Of a stretch of 64,000 bases of DNA, positions 51,234-61,778 are shown piece after piece (position 1 is the first letter of the stretch; each line of letters begins with the position of its first letter). This DNA is from Candidatus Gottesmanbacteria bacterium RIFCSPLOWO2_01_FULL_43_11b (GTDB lineage Bacteria; Patescibacteriota; Microgenomatia; UBA10105; UBA927): NCBI GenBank assembly GCA_001780985.1, contig MFJV01000001.1, forward strand, positions 629,466 to 693,465, written 5' to 3'. The notes under the pieces were generated by a model. The model saw only the letters and a list, made by a program, of their open reading frames with translations, made no database searches and had not been told where the DNA came from. The translations under genes and the position numbers were made by a program.

Positions 51234-51874
51234 AAAAAACACCAGCTACAAAAACAATACAGGCAACGGTTATGGGTACGGATGGGAAAAGTTCCGGCAA
51301 AGTAACTCTTCCTTCTCAACTTTTTGCGGTGAAGGTGAATAAAGAGTTACTCGTGCAATCGATTCGGGTATACGAAGCCAACCAGAGGGCAGGTGCGGCT
51401 TCAACCAAAACCCGGGGAGAAGTTGAGGGATCAACGCGTAAAATATATCGACAAAAAGGGTCTGGTCGTGCACGGCACGGATCTATTCGCGCTCCAATTT
51501 TCGTTGGAGGAGGAATAGTTTTCGGTCCCAAACCGCGCGATTACAGTTTACATTTGCCGAAAAAAATGAAAAGCATGGCTTTGGCAAGTGCGTTGACTAC
51601 CCGATATCAAGACGGAAGTATTCATATTGTTGACGGACTCGATAAGTTGAAGCCAAAAACAAAACTTATGGCAAAAACACTAAAAACCTTGGGTATCCCC
51701 AGCCCGGTGTTACTTGTCACTTCAAAAGAACAAAATACGGTTATCCAAGGTGCACGTAATATTTCCGGAGTCACACATATATTTGTTAACCAGCTCCATC
51801 CGTATGCAATTTTTGCACCAAAGTCACTTCTTTTTACTAAACAAGCAATACTTTCTTTGAAGGATAAACCATGA
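51230..51874 (+). CDS. rplD: 50S ribosomal protein L4
   Basis: [22 protein letters not shown]. Confidence 0.9.
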   Translation: MKKTPATKTIQATVMGTDGKSSGKVTLPSQLFAVKVNKELLVQSIRVYEANQRAGAASTKTRGEVEGSTRKIYRQKGSGRARHGSIRAPIFVGGGIVFGPKPRDYSLHLPKKMKSMALASALTTRYQDGSIHIVDGLDKLKPKTKLMAKTLKTLGIPSPVLLVTSKEQNTVIQGARNISGVTHIFVNQLHPYAIFAPKSLLFTKQAILSLKDKP

Positions 51875-52176
51875 AACACGTTGTATTTAAACCGCGCATA
51901 TCAGAAAAGTCTTTAGATCTTGCATCAACAGGGTGGTACACATTCGTTGTGGGAAATAATGCGCGTAAAGAGGAAATTACAAAAGCAGTTAATGATCTCT
52001 ATGGCGTTACGGTTACCGATGTCCGTACAGCAAATGTTGTCGGGAAAGAAAGGCGCGTGGGAAAGAATCGTAAAGTATTGCGAAAATCAGATTGGAAAAA
52101 AGCATTCGTTCGTCTTTCCAAAGGCCAAAAAATAGACGCATTTGAGGTAACTTCAGAAGGCGAGAAAAAAACATGA
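51871..52176 (+). CDS. rplW: 50S ribosomal protein L23
   Basis: Position and sequence fit (KPRISEKS...YTFVV). Confidence 0.85.
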   Translation: MKHVVFKPRISEKSLDLASTGWYTFVVGNNARKEEITKAVNDLYGVTVTDVRTANVVGKERRVGKNRKVLRKSDWKKAFVRLSKGQKIDAFEVTSEGEKKT

Positions 52177-52913
52177 AACATTTACGCGAAATTCTTCAAA
52201 AAAATTCCGGAAGAGACAGTTTGGGTCACGTATCATCACGCCACCAAGGAGGCAGACACAAACGATTCTACCGAAAAATAGACTGGCTGAGAGATAAAAA
52301 TGGTGTCGCTGCAGTGGTAGAGGGGATCGAATATGATCCAAACCGATCGGCAAGTATTGCGCTTTTGCAGTATGCAGACGGTGAAAAGCGCTACATACTT
52401 GCCCCAAGAGGGTTAAATGTTGGCGCAAAAATTGTTAGCGGATCTGATATTGAGGCGAAAGTTGGCAACAGTCTTCCTTTAGGCAATATGCCGCTCGGTA
52501 CCGTGGTGCATGCTATCGAGGTAAAACCGGGAAGCGGTGCTCAAATAATAAGAAGTGCAGGAGTGGGAGCGACGGTGTTATCAAAAGATGAGAGCGGAGT
52601 GCAAATAAAACTTCCTTCAGGAGAAACCCGCCTCTTCAATCTCCTAAGTCGTGCAACAGTGGGTTCTGTAGGAAATGAAGAATGGAAAAATAGAGTTATT
52701 GGGAAAGCAGGTCGGAGCAGACATTTAGGAATACGCCCGCAGGTGCGCGGAGTAGCCCAAAATCCTCGCAGCCACCCGCATGGAGGCGGAGAAGGACGAA
52801 GTGGTATAGGGCTCCCTTCACCAAAAAGCAGATGGGGAAAACGTACATTAGGAAAAAAGACGAGAAAAAACAAAAAATACAGCAATAGATTTATTATTGC
52901 AAGGAGACCATAA
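52173..52913 (+). CDS. rplB: 50S ribosomal protein L2
   Basis: [32 protein letters not shown]. Confidence 0.92.
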   Translation: MKHLREILQKNSGRDSLGHVSSRHQGGRHKRFYRKIDWLRDKNGVAAVVEGIEYDPNRSASIALLQYADGEKRYILAPRGLNVGAKIVSGSDIEAKVGNSLPLGNMPLGTVVHAIEVKPGSGAQIIRSAGVGATVLSKDESGVQIKLPSGETRLFNLLSRATVGSVGNEEWKNRVIGKAGRSRHLGIRPQVRGVAQNPRSHPHGGGEGRSGIGLPSPKSRWGKRTLGKKTRKNKKYSNRFIIARRP

Positions 52914-52914
52914 T

Positions 52915-53199
52915 ATGGCACGTTCAAACAAAAAAGGACCATATATAGACAAAAAATTATTGGAGAAAGTGAATAAACAAAAAGCAGGCGGTGACCGTTC
53001 TCCCATAAAAACTTGGGCAAGAGCCAGTCAAATTCCACCTGATTTTGTCGGTCATCGTATTGGCGTGCATAACGGAAAAACATTTATTGAAGTATTTGTT
53101 TCGGAAGCGATGGTTGGTCACCGTCTGGGAGAATTTTCGCCGACACGGACATTTCGTGGTCACGGACAAGTAACAAAGAGAGTTCTTGAGAAAACTTAA
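52915..53199 (+). CDS. rpsS: 30S ribosomal protein S19
   Basis: [19 protein letters not shown]...[32 protein letters not shown]. Confidence 0.9.
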   Translation: MARSNKKGPYIDKKLLEKVNKQKAGGDRSPIKTWARASQIPPDFVGHRIGVHNGKTFIEVFVSEAMVGHRLGEFSPTRTFRGHGQVTKRVLEKT

Positions 53200-53204
53200 A
53201 AACT

Positions 53205-53552
53205 ATGGAGTACGTAACAACGGCAAAATACATAAGAATGAGTCCAAGAAAAGTCAGGCTTCTGGCTGATTCCATTCGCGGAAGAGAATCAAACACAGTT
53301 CTTTCTCAACTTGAGTCGATACATCAACCGGTTGCGAAACTTTTTATTACGACACTAACATCAGCTGTTGCCAATGCAAAACTAAAAAATGCTGATATTC
53401 AATCATTATGGGTAAAAAGTATTGATGTTATGGAAGGGCCGGTTTTTAAACGATGGCATGCAGTAAGCAGGGGAATGGCACACTCCTATAAAAAAAGAAT
53501 GGCGCATATACGGTTAATACTCAGTGATGAAAAGAAAGGGGAGAAAAAGTAA
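53205..53552 (+). CDS. rplV: 50S ribosomal protein L22
   Basis: MEYVTTAKYIRMSPRKVRLLADSIRG. Confidence 0.88.
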   Translation: MEYVTTAKYIRMSPRKVRLLADSIRGRESNTVLSQLESIHQPVAKLFITTLTSAVANAKLKNADIQSLWVKSIDVMEGPVFKRWHAVSRGMAHSYKKRMAHIRLILSDEKKGEKK

Positions 53553-54184
53553 TGGGACAAAAGATTAATCCAAGAGGATTTCGACTCGGTCAGGTTTTCA
53601 CCTGGTCTTCACGCTGGTTTGCAGACAGCCGTCGCTATAGGCATCTCCTTTTAGAAGACGTTACAATCAGGCGATTGCTCTTTCAAAAAATAAAGAATGC
53701 CGGACTTGAAACAGTGGAGATTGAACGGTCGATTAATAAAGTCAAAATTACACTCCACGTATCTCGGCCCGGTGTTGTGATCGGTCGTGGGGGGGCTGGG
53801 CTTGAAGATCTCAAAAAATATCTGGAAATATTTCTAGCAAAAAAAGGTCAGACAAAACTTGAAGTTGTGGTAGAGCCAGTTAAGGAACCAAACCTTTCTG
53901 CTCAACTTGTTGCTCAGACAATTTCGGATCAATTAGTGAAGCGACTCCCACATAAGCGAGTCGGACTGCAAGCGGTTGAACGGGTCATGGCAGCAGGAGC
54001 CAAAGGCGTACGTATTGTTTTTGCCGGCCGAATCGGGGGAGCGGAAATTGCACGAAGAGAAAAATTTCAAGCCGGGACCGTACCGCTTTCAACAATAAGA
54101 GAACACGTTGACTATGCATCAGTTCCGGCGTTGACTAAATCTGGATATGTGGGGGTAAAAGTGTGGATATGTAAAAAAACTTAA
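53552..54184 (+). CDS. rpsC: 30S ribosomal protein S3
   Basis: [13 protein letters not shown]... KH domain [12 protein letters not shown]. Confidence 0.92.
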   Translation: MGQKINPRGFRLGQVFTWSSRWFADSRRYRHLLLEDVTIRRLLFQKIKNAGLETVEIERSINKVKITLHVSRPGVVIGRGGAGLEDLKKYLEIFLAKKGQTKLEVVVEPVKEPNLSAQLVAQTISDQLVKRLPHKRVGLQAVERVMAAGAKGVRIVFAGRIGGAEIARREKFQAGTVPLSTIREHVDYASVPALTKSGYVGVKVWICKKT

Positions 54185-54186
54185 CT

Positions 54187-54594
54187 ATGTTAGTTCCTAA
54201 ACGGGCAAAACACAGAAAATCATTTCGAGGAAAGATGGGGGGAAAATCCCTTCGGGCGTCTGTGATTAATTTTGGGGAGTACGGGCTCAAAGCGATGACA
54301 GCAGGATGGGTAACAAGTAGACAAATTGAGGCTGCCCGAAAAGCCATCATGCATTCGATTCGGCGGGGCGGAAGGCTTTGGATTCGTATATTTCCGGATA
54401 AACCCATTACAAAAAAGCCGCCGGAAACACGCATGGGAAGCGGAAAGGGTGATGTATACGAGTATGTTGCAGTCGTTAAACCAGGAAGAGTGATGTTTGA
54501 AATGGGAGGAGTAACCAAAGAACAAGCAACAACTGCACTCCGACTTGCGGCAAATAAAATTCCGGTGCGGACAAGAATGGTAGAAAAAGGATAA
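54187..54594 (+). CDS. rplP: 50S ribosomal protein L16
   Basis: [19 protein letters not shown]...[28 protein letters not shown]. Confidence 0.92.
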   Translation: MLVPKRAKHRKSFRGKMGGKSLRASVINFGEYGLKAMTAGWVTSRQIEAARKAIMHSIRRGGRLWIRIFPDKPITKKPPETRMGSGKGDVYEYVAVVKPGRVMFEMGGVTKEQATTALRLAANKIPVRTRMVEKG

Positions 54595-54598
54595 TCGT

Positions 54599-54805
54599 AT
54601 GAAAAAGAAAGAAAAAAGCGAATTACGGGGAGCGACTCTGGAAGAACTAATAAAACAAATAAGTGGCGTTGAGAAAACAGCCGCCGAGAAAATGCGTGAT
54701 AGGGCGACTAAGTCAGTAAAGAACGTCCGTGAAATAAAAATGTTACGGAAAAAAATAGCAGTACTTAAAACGGTGGTTCGTCAAAAGGAGTTTACTCATG
54801 AATAA
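54599..54805 (+). CDS. rpmC: 50S ribosomal protein L29
   Basis: 68 aa, LRGATLEELIKQI..., operon position. Confidence 0.8.
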   Translation: MKKKEKSELRGATLEELIKQISGVEKTAAEKMRDRATKSVKNVREIKMLRKKIAVLKTVVRQKEFTHE

Positions 54806-55046
54806 ACCTGTACAAAAACAAAAAGAAATCATAGGGAAAGTTGTTTCTCTTTCGTCAAAAAACACGGTTATTGTCGAGGTAAGTAGAGAGTGGCGACACC
54901 CTATATATAAGAAAGCCGTGCGAAGGACCAGGAGAATTCCTGCACATCTTGAAGGGATGGAAGTATCTCTTGGGAGTAAGGTACGACTTGTAGCGACACG
55001 GCCGATAAGTAAAACGAAACACTATAAAGTCATAGGAGCATTATGA
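54798..55046 (+). CDS. rpsQ: 30S ribosomal protein S17
   Basis: GKVVSLSSKNTVIVEVSREWRHPIYKKAVRRTRRIPAH. Confidence 0.88.
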   Translation: MNKPVQKQKEIIGKVVSLSSKNTVIVEVSREWRHPIYKKAVRRTRRIPAHLEGMEVSLGSKVRLVATRPISKTKHYKVIGAL

Positions 55047-55417
55047 TACAAAGACGAACACATCTTATTGTTGCCGATAATTCAGGACCCACGCGTATGG
55101 TGGTTATCCATATTTACGGATCTTCCAAACGGTTTTTTGCAGGACTCGGGGATGTCGTGCAGTGTGTTGTTAAAAAAGCAGATCCAACTGGAATAGTAAA
55201 GGAAGACGAATTAGTGAAAGTTGTCATCGTTCGAACGCACAAAGAGCACCGTCGACCTGACGGATCATACATTCGATTTGACGATAATGCCGGAGTGCTC
55301 ATCGATAGTCCAAAAGATAAAAACATGAGAGGGACTCGGGTATTTGGACCGATAGCACGAGAGGTGAAAGAAAAAGGGTTTGATAAAATTGCAAGTCTTG
55401 CCGTCGAAGTATATTGA
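55043..55417 (+). CDS. rplN: 50S ribosomal protein L14
   Basis: MIQRRTHLIVADNSGPTRM...GDVVQCVVKKA. Confidence 0.92.
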   Translation: MIQRRTHLIVADNSGPTRMVVIHIYGSSKRFFAGLGDVVQCVVKKADPTGIVKEDELVKVVIVRTHKEHRRPDGSYIRFDDNAGVLIDSPKDKNMRGTRVFGPIAREVKEKGFDKIASLAVEVY

Positions 55418-55436
55418 ATTTGAAAAAAGTAAAACT

Positions 55437-55742
55437 ATGAGATTTAAAAAAGGCGACACAATTATCATAACGATCGGAAAAGATAAAGGCCATAAAGGGA
55501 AGATTGAAAAAATTTTCCCCAAAGAAGGTCTTGTGTTAGTGCCTGGCGTTAACATGTATAAACGGCACATGAAAAAGAGAGATGAGAAACATCAAGGGGG
55601 GATCATTGATTTCCCAAGAGCACTTCAGTTGGGTAATATTGCGCTCATTTGCCCGAAATGCGGAAAACCAACGCGCATAGGCTACCTCGTTTCAAAAGGC
55701 GAAAAAACACGAATTTGCAGAAAATGCAATCAAAAAATATGA
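55437..55742 (+). CDS. rplX: 50S ribosomal protein L24 (Cys4 zinc-ribbon C-terminal variant)
   Basis: KOW motif MRFKKGDTIIITIGKDKGHKGKI; C-terminus CPKCGKPTRIGYLVSKGEKTRICRKCNQ. Confidence 0.85.
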   Translation: MRFKKGDTIIITIGKDKGHKGKIEKIFPKEGLVLVPGVNMYKRHMKKRDEKHQGGIIDFPRALQLGNIALICPKCGKPTRIGYLVSKGEKTRICRKCNQKI

Positions 55743-56296
55743 CACTTTTAGAAAAATACAAGAAAGAAGTTGTACCGAGCCTTATGAAGGAATTGAAAAT
55801 TTCAAATCCTATGGCTGTGCCAAAACTCGTCAAAATTGTTGTCAATTGTGGACTTGGAGAAGCGCTTCGGGATAAAAAGGCACTGGAAGGAATGTCAACA
55901 CAGCTGACGATTATAACAGGTCAAAAACCAAAAGTGACGCGGGCAAAGCGGGCTATTTCCACTTTTAAGCTTCGCGCGGGAGATCCGATTGGATTGAAAG
56001 TAACTATTCGAGGGCATCGAATGTACGACTTTCTTACGAAGCTTGTTGCAATTGTTCTTCCTCGTGTACGAGATTTCCGGGGCGTACCGTTAAAAAGTTT
56101 CGATGGAAAAGGAAATTACACGATCGGATTTTCGGAATCGACAATATTCCCGGAGCTTGAATACAAAAACATCGATAAATCTCGTGGATTTGAAATCGTC
56201 TGTGTTACATCAAGTAACGACGATAAAGGCGCGAAGAGACTTTTGGAACTGCTAGGGATGCCGTTTGAAAAGGGGGACCATGGCAAAAACATCTGA
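55739..56296 (+). CDS. rplE: 50S ribosomal protein L5
   Basis: [19 protein letters not shown]...[20 protein letters not shown]; ATGA overlap with rplX. Confidence 0.9.
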   Translation: MTLLEKYKKEVVPSLMKELKISNPMAVPKLVKIVVNCGLGEALRDKKALEGMSTQLTIITGQKPKVTRAKRAISTFKLRAGDPIGLKVTIRGHRMYDFLTKLVAIVLPRVRDFRGVPLKSFDGKGNYTIGFSESTIFPELEYKNIDKSRGFEIVCVTSSNDDKGAKRLLELLGMPFEKGDHGKNI

Positions 56297-56465
56297 CATA
56301 GTAAAGTTTAAAAGGAAACAGAAATACACAGTGAGAGGGCATAATCGGTGTTCGCTGTGCGGCAGAAGCCGGGGCTACATGCGGAAATTTGGCATCTGTC
56401 GTATTTGTTTTCGGGAACGCGCCCACCGGGGGGAACTGCCAGGTGTAGTGAAAGGATCGTGGTAA
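56280..56465 (+). CDS. rpsZ: 30S ribosomal protein S14 type Z (zinc-binding)
   Basis: 61 aa: [46 protein letters not shown]. Confidence 0.88.
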   Translation: MAKTSDIVKFKRKQKYTVRGHNRCSLCGRSRGYMRKFGICRICFRERAHRGELPGVVKGSW

Positions 56466-56469
56466 CTAT

Positions 56470-56862
56470 ATGGTAAATGACCCAATTGGAGATTTATTAG
56501 CACAAATAAAAAACGCAATGCTGTCAGGCAAAAAGACGGTTGAGCTACCTTATTCAAAAATGAAGATAGCAATTGCCAATATATTGGTTAGCGAGGGGTA
56601 TCTTTCGTCAGCAAAACAAAAGGGAACTGTTCCAAATGCCAGTCTAACCCTCGAGCTTGCCTACCAAGGAAAAACACCGGTTTTGACTGATCTTAAGAGG
56701 ATAAGTAAGCCGGGCATGCGATGGTATGTTCGTTCAAATCAAATCCCGTTGGTTGTGGGTGGCATGGGAATTTCAATACTTTCAACTCCAAGCGGTGTTA
56801 TGACGGGAAGCAATGCAAAGCAAAAAGGTATTGGTGGAGAATTACTTTGTAAAGTTTGGTAA
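56470..56862 (+). CDS. rpsH: 30S ribosomal protein S8
   Basis: MVNDPIGDLLAQIKNAMLSGKKTVELPYSKMK. Confidence 0.9.
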   Translation: MVNDPIGDLLAQIKNAMLSGKKTVELPYSKMKIAIANILVSEGYLSSAKQKGTVPNASLTLELAYQGKTPVLTDLKRISKPGMRWYVRSNQIPLVVGGMGISILSTPSGVMTGSNAKQKGIGGELLCKVW

Positions 56863-56869
56863 AAAACAT

Positions 56870-57439
56870 ATGTCACGAATCGGCAATACACCCATTCAAA
56901 TACCTTCCACTGTTACCGTAACAAAGGACGGAAAAATAACGACGGTAAAAGGACCAAAGGGAGAGCTTTCAATAACTGTTCCTATTGGGGTAACGGTTAT
57001 AATCGGTGAGAAAGAAGTTAAAATTGAAAGCAAAGGAGCGGATAAAAAAAGTCGTGCAATTCACGGATTCGTGAGATCAAAAATCAACAATGATGTCGTG
57101 GGTGTAACTAAGGAATGGTCAAAAACACTGGAGTTGTCAGGGGTTGGTTATCGGGCAAATATAACCGGAAGTGATTTGGTATTAACGATCGGATTTTCTC
57201 ATCCCGTCACGATTCATCCTCCGCAAGGGATCACGTTTAGTGTTGTTGAAGGAAAAATAGTTGTTTCTGGAATAGATAAACATCTTGTGGGTCAGATTGC
57301 CGCAAATGTGAGAGCGATGAAAAAACCCGAGCCGTATAAAGGAAAAGGAATTTTATACTCTGGAGAGCATATACGCAAAAAAGCAGGAAAAGCGGCAAAG
57401 GCTGTTGGAGGCGCGCTGGGGACGGCAGGAGGAAAATAA
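56870..57439 (+). CDS. rplF: 50S ribosomal protein L6
   Basis: MSRIGNTPIQIPSTVTV...GYRANITGSDLVLTIGFSHPV. Confidence 0.9.
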   Translation: MSRIGNTPIQIPSTVTVTKDGKITTVKGPKGELSITVPIGVTVIIGEKEVKIESKGADKKSRAIHGFVRSKINNDVVGVTKEWSKTLELSGVGYRANITGSDLVLTIGFSHPVTIHPPQGITFSVVEGKIVVSGIDKHLVGQIAANVRAMKKPEPYKGKGILYSGEHIRKKAGKAAKAVGGALGTAGGK

Positions 57440-57442
57440 TGT

Positions 57443-57769
57443 ATGGATAAAAATCTCTTACACAAGAGGCGAAAAGCGAGAATCAGAGCCGGTATTGTGG
57501 GTAATTCCAGTCGACCAAGGCTTGCGGTTCATCGATCAAATACAGCATTATCAGCTCAGGTGATCGACGACGCAAAAAAAACAACACTCATTTCAAAAAC
57601 AGTCAAAGGAACGACAATACCTGCGGCAGCATCACTAGGAGCAGAAATTGCGAAAGCCTGTAAAGCAAAAAAAATTACACACGTGGTATTTGACCGCGGG
57701 GGTTACCGTTACCATGGGGCGGTTCGAAGCCTTGCTGATGCTGTTCGTGAAGGAGGAGTAATTATATGA
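57443..57769 (+). CDS. rplR: 50S ribosomal protein L18
   Basis: [24 protein letters not shown]...[25 protein letters not shown]. Confidence 0.9.
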   Translation: MDKNLLHKRRKARIRAGIVGNSSRPRLAVHRSNTALSAQVIDDAKKTTLISKTVKGTTIPAAASLGAEIAKACKAKKITHVVFDRGGYRYHGAVRSLADAVREGGVII

Positions 57770-58236
57770 GATTTCAACACAGGTCACAGACACCGAGCGA
57801 ATTTGATGAGAAAATTGTTCAGGTCAACCGTGTTTCGAAAAAAACAAAGGGTGGAAATAAAATCGGGTTTTCTGTTTTGGTTGTGGTAGGTGATAAAAAA
57901 GGGAGAGTTGGCGTGGGATTAGGAGGTGCTCCGGACGTTTCCTCAGCAGTTCGAAAAGCGGTTGCGTACGCGAAACGTCGTTTGTTTACGGTTCCCATGA
58001 AGGGAACAACAATTCCTCATGAAGTTCGGGTTAAGCGGGGTGCAGCCTTCGTACTTCTTAAACCCGCACCCCCAGGAACCGGAGTTATTGCCGGGGGTGC
58101 AGTACGGGCTGTGGTTGAAGCTGCAGGAATTCGGGATATCGTATCAAAAATTTTAGGAAGTAAAAATCAAGCATCAAATGTCTATGCGACTATGGAAGCA
58201 TTAAAAAAGTTTAAAGTACAAAGGACCAGAACATGA
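57766..58236 (+). CDS. rpsE: 30S ribosomal protein S5
   Basis: [36 protein letters not shown]...[13 protein letters not shown]. Confidence 0.92.
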   Translation: MRFQHRSQTPSEFDEKIVQVNRVSKKTKGGNKIGFSVLVVVGDKKGRVGVGLGGAPDVSSAVRKAVAYAKRRLFTVPMKGTTIPHEVRVKRGAAFVLLKPAPPGTGVIAGGAVRAVVEAAGIRDIVSKILGSKNQASNVYATMEALKKFKVQRTRT

Positions 58237-58667
58237 AATTAAACGAGTTACCAAAAAGCACGACAAAATCAAAAAAAAGGATCGGTCGGGGTCATGGGTC
58301 GGGTAAAGTGAAGACATCCGGGCGGGGAACCAAAGGGCAAAAATCCAGAGGAACCATTCGATCGGAATTTGAAGGAGGACAATTACCCCTCATCAAAAGG
58401 CTTCCGCTTCTTCGTGGAAAAACGAGAAATAAAAGCAGGAAGGAACATGCAACCGCAGTGTCAGTTTCAAAATTAACCGTATTTCCATCCAAAAGCGACG
58501 TTACATTGGATACACTTCAAAAATATCATATCATTAAAGATGATACGAAGAGAGTAAAAATTGTCGGAAATGGAACCTTAACAGTTTCACTTACCGTGAA
58601 TGTTCCATGTTCGCACTCTGCTAAAAAAATTATTGAAAAAGCGGGCGGAAAAGTAGTACATCTATGA
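58233..58667 (+). CDS. rplO: 50S ribosomal protein L15
   Basis: [39 protein letters not shown]. Directly follows rpsE with no L30 gene between. Confidence 0.9.
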   Translation: MKLNELPKSTTKSKKRIGRGHGSGKVKTSGRGTKGQKSRGTIRSEFEGGQLPLIKRLPLLRGKTRNKSRKEHATAVSVSKLTVFPSKSDVTLDTLQKYHIIKDDTKRVKIVGNGTLTVSLTVNVPCSHSAKKIIEKAGGKVVHL

Positions 58668-59953
58668 ATCAACTGCTCTCTCCAATCATAAACAGCTGGA
58701 AAACTCCGGAGCTTCGTCGCAAAATCCTCATTACAGCACTTATCTTCATCATTTTTAGAATATTTGCACATATTCCAATTCCTGGTGTTGACGGCGAGAG
58801 ACTTCGGGCACTATTTTCCCAAAATCAGTTTTTGGGACTTCTCGACATATTCTCGGGTGGAACACTCGTTAATTTTTCCGTTATGGCTTTAGGGCTTAAC
58901 CCGTACATAAACGCATCGATTATTTTGCAACTCCTGACCATAGTATTCCCAAAACTGGAGGAATTATCCAAAGAGGGTGAATACGGCAGAGAAAAAATTA
59001 ATCAGTACACGCGATTTCTCACAGTTCCCCTTGCAGCACTCCAGGCAATTGGTATGTTTGCACTTCTTAAAAATCAGGGAATCATTGCATCGGTCGATCC
59101 CATGACGCTTATCTCGATTATCGTGACTATGACTTGCGGAACCATTCTTGTGATGTGGTTTGGTGAGTTAATCACAGAATATGGTATCGGTAATGGAATT
59201 TCTCTCCTTATTTTTGCGGGTATTGTCGGCAGGCTTCCCGTTGTATTCGGACAAACAGCAACAACTGTAACCGCTGAAACAGTGACAAATGTTGGAATTT
59301 TCATGCTTCTTGCTATTATCGTCATTGCCGCAACCGTGTTTATTAATGAGGCAGTCCGGCGAATAAGTGTTCACTATGCCCGACGAATTCGCGGGAATAA
59401 ACTCTACGGAGGGCAAACCTCGTACCTGCCGCTCCGCGTTAACCAAGCCGGGGTAATTCCAATCATATTTGCCGTGTCAATGGTGCTTTTGCCGTCGCTT
59501 GTTGGTGGATTTTTAGGACAGGTGAGTAATCCCGTTGTTGTTAATTTCGGTAGGTTTCTCACAAACGTATTCAACCCAAACAACATTTCCTATAATGTTA
59601 TTTATTTTCTCCTTGTCATAGGATTTACATTTTTCTATACAGCGATTACGTTTAACCCGACAAAAATTGCCGGAGAAATTCAAAAATACGGCGGCTTTAT
59701 TCCCGGTATCCGCCCCGGTGCACCAACAGCGAGTTATTTAAATTATATTTTAACGAGAATTACACTCGCTGGTGCGTTGTTTTTAGGATCGATTGCTGTT
59801 TTCCCGTCACTTGCTCGTGGCGTTACGGGTGTTTCGACACTTCTTGTCGGAGGGACAAGCGTTCTTATTGTCGTATCTGTTGTACTTGAGACTGTGAAAG
59901 CATTAGAAGCCCAGCTTGTTATGCGAAATTACGAAGGATTTCTGAAGGAATAA
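58664..59953 (+). CDS. secY: Preprotein translocase subunit SecY
   Basis: 429 aa, 10 TM, conserved SecY blocks ([22 protein letters not shown]). Confidence 0.92.
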   Translation: MNQLLSPIINSWKTPELRRKILITALIFIIFRIFAHIPIPGVDGERLRALFSQNQFLGLLDIFSGGTLVNFSVMALGLNPYINASIILQLLTIVFPKLEELSKEGEYGREKINQYTRFLTVPLAALQAIGMFALLKNQGIIASVDPMTLISIIVTMTCGTILVMWFGELITEYGIGNGISLLIFAGIVGRLPVVFGQTATTVTAETVTNVGIFMLLAIIVIAATVFINEAVRRISVHYARRIRGNKLYGGQTSYLPLRVNQAGVIPIIFAVSMVLLPSLVGGFLGQVSNPVVVNFGRFLTNVFNPNNISYNVIYFLLVIGFTFFYTAITFNPTKIAGEIQKYGGFIPGIRPGAPTASYLNYILTRITLAGALFLGSIAVFPSLARGVTGVSTLLVGGTSVLIVVSVVLETVKALEAQLVMRNYEGFLKE

Positions 59954-59963
59954 TTTGTTCAAG

Positions 59964-59992
59964 TGTCATTCCGGGCTTGACCCGGAATCCAT
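59964..59992. repeat. Second copy of the 29-nt palindromic repeat (partial element), 7 nt upstream of the GIY-YIG gene
   Basis: TGTCATTCCGGGCTTGACCCGGAATCCAT is identical to 15705-15733. Confidence 0.6.
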
Positions 59993-59998
59993 CTTGGT

Positions 59999-60289
59999 AT
60001 GGTAAGGCATTATTTTGTTTATATTCTTGCCAGTAAGCCGAATGGAACATTGTATATTGGCGTTACGAATAATCTTGGTAGGCGAACTATTGAGCATAAA
60101 TATGGTTTGATTGATGGTTTTACTAAAACATATAGCGTTCATCGACTTGTGTATTATGAAATATTTACTGATATTAAATTGGCGATATATCGGGAAAAAC
60201 AGTTAAAATGGTGGAAAAGAGATTGGAAAATAGATTTAATCAACAATAAGAACCCAGAGTGGAAAGATTTGTATAAAGCAATATTTTAA
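59999..60289 (+). CDS. GIY-YIG domain nuclease (UPF0213/YhbQ-like small stand-alone form)
   Basis: HYFVYILASKPNGTLYIGVTNNLGRRTIEHKYG...EKQLKWWKRDWKI carries GIY...YIG, R and E/N catalytic positions. Confidence 0.7.
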   Translation: MVRHYFVYILASKPNGTLYIGVTNNLGRRTIEHKYGLIDGFTKTYSVHRLVYYEIFTDIKLAIYREKQLKWWKRDWKIDLINNKNPEWKDLYKAIF

Positions 60290-60292
60290 CTT

Positions 60293-60643
60293 ATGCAATT
60301 CTTAGTAATAGGGAAAGATGGTAAAGATGAAAAGGCCGCGGAAAGAAGATTAGCAGTTCGTGAAGCTCATCTTTTATTAGGCGATCAGATGGAAGCTTCA
60401 GGTAAAAGATGGTATGGGTGCGTACTAAAGGATGATAAGGGAAAAATGATTGGATCCATGGCTATATTAGATTTTCTATCAGAAGAAGAACTCAAAAAAT
60501 ATCTTAACAAAGAACCATATATTGTTGGAAAAGTCTGGAAAACGGTTGAAATATATAAATGTGAGGTTAAAAATCCTTGGAAATTTAATCGTCCAGAATC
60601 ATTTTTTAATACAAAAACTGGATCCCAGCGTTCGCTGGGATGA
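60293..60643 (+). CDS. YciI-like (Dabb-fold) protein
   Basis: MQFLVIGKDGKDEKAAERRLAVREAHLLLGDQMEASGK fits the YciI family N-terminus (YFLVIGKD...RLAVRPAHLAYL). Confidence 0.55.
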   Translation: MQFLVIGKDGKDEKAAERRLAVREAHLLLGDQMEASGKRWYGCVLKDDKGKMIGSMAILDFLSEEELKKYLNKEPYIVGKVWKTVEIYKCEVKNPWKFNRPESFFNTKTGSQRSLG

Positions 60644-61230
60644 CAAAAAACACTATGCATATAGTTTTTTTCGGACCGGAAGGATCGGGGAAGGGAACGC
60701 AAGCCAAACTTTTAAGCGAAAAGCTGAACGTTCCGATTTTAACGTCAGGCGATCTTGTTCGTGACGCAGCAGCCAATGACAAGGGAATTATTGGTGAGGT
60801 TTGTCGTCAGGCACTTTCAGAAGGAAAGTATGTTGCCGACAGCGAAATGTTCGTTCTTTGGAAATGGAGACTAAAAGATGAGGATGCAAAGGGCGGATGG
60901 ATCATGGATGGATTTCCGCGTAACGTCGAACAGGCGCAATTCTTAGATGACAAAATTGACAAATACGGTTATAAAATTGAAAAAGTATTTTATCTTGATC
61001 TTAATGAAGAAGAATCCTACAAGAGACTCATTGCACGCGGGAGGCCACTTCACCCCGGAAGTACGGAACTCCATGATTCTCCCGAACGGATAAAACAGAG
61101 ACTAACAATTTACAAAGAGGGAGAAAAGAATGTTCTTGACTATTACAATAATAAAGGCGTGCTATTTACCATTGATGCAAATCAATCCATCGAAAAAGTA
61201 CACGAAGACATTCTAAAACATACACAATGA
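60640..61230 (+). CDS. adk: Adenylate kinase (short, no Zn lid)
   Basis: IVFFGPEGSGKGTQAKLLSEKLNVPILTSGDLVR. Confidence 0.88.
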   Translation: MTKNTMHIVFFGPEGSGKGTQAKLLSEKLNVPILTSGDLVRDAAANDKGIIGEVCRQALSEGKYVADSEMFVLWKWRLKDEDAKGGWIMDGFPRNVEQAQFLDDKIDKYGYKIEKVFYLDLNEEESYKRLIARGRPLHPGSTELHDSPERIKQRLTIYKEGEKNVLDYYNNKGVLFTIDANQSIEKVHEDILKHTQ

Positions 61231-61778
61231 AGCAGTCGCAGATAGTCGCTATCGTCGGCATGCCTGGAGCCGGGAAAAGCGTCGCCGCTTCATACTTCAA
61301 AGAGAAAGGAATCCCCGTATTACGTTTCGGAGATGAAACAGAGAGGGGATTGCGTGAACTGGGCATGGAGGTTAATGAAAAAAATGAACGGTGGTACAGA
61401 GAAAAGATAAGAAAAGAACTCGGCATGGCTGCAATGGCATTAAAAATTGAAACCAGAATAGTAGAAGCAAAACACAGCAATCCTTTTATTATTCTTGATG
61501 GGCTATATTCTTGGGAAGAATACGTCTACCTCAAAGAAAAATTTCCCGATCTTATTCTCTTATGTATTTTTGCACCACCGGAAATTCGGTATAAGAGACT
61601 CGAAACAAGATCGGTCAGACCATTAACTCAACAGGAAGCGGAGAGTCGTGATAAAAGCGAAATTGAACAATTGCATAAAGGGGGTCCTATTGCGCGAGCA
61701 GATTACCTCATTAAAAACGAATCAACGCCTCAAGCACTCCGGGAGGGATTAGAAAAATTTTACCTCCAGCTTCTATGA
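61227..61778 (+). CDS. Archaeal-type UPF0200/AAA_18 P-loop nucleotide kinase (dephospho-CoA-kinase-like)
   Basis: IVAIVGMPGAGKSVA (Walker A), ILDGLYSWEEYVYL, ARADYLIKNESTPQAL match the UPF0200 pattern. Inserted between adk and map. Confidence 0.5.
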   Translation: MKQSQIVAIVGMPGAGKSVAASYFKEKGIPVLRFGDETERGLRELGMEVNEKNERWYREKIRKELGMAAMALKIETRIVEAKHSNPFIILDGLYSWEEYVYLKEKFPDLILLCIFAPPEIRYKRLETRSVRPLTQQEAESRDKSEIEQLHKGGPIARADYLIKNESTPQALREGLEKFYLQLL

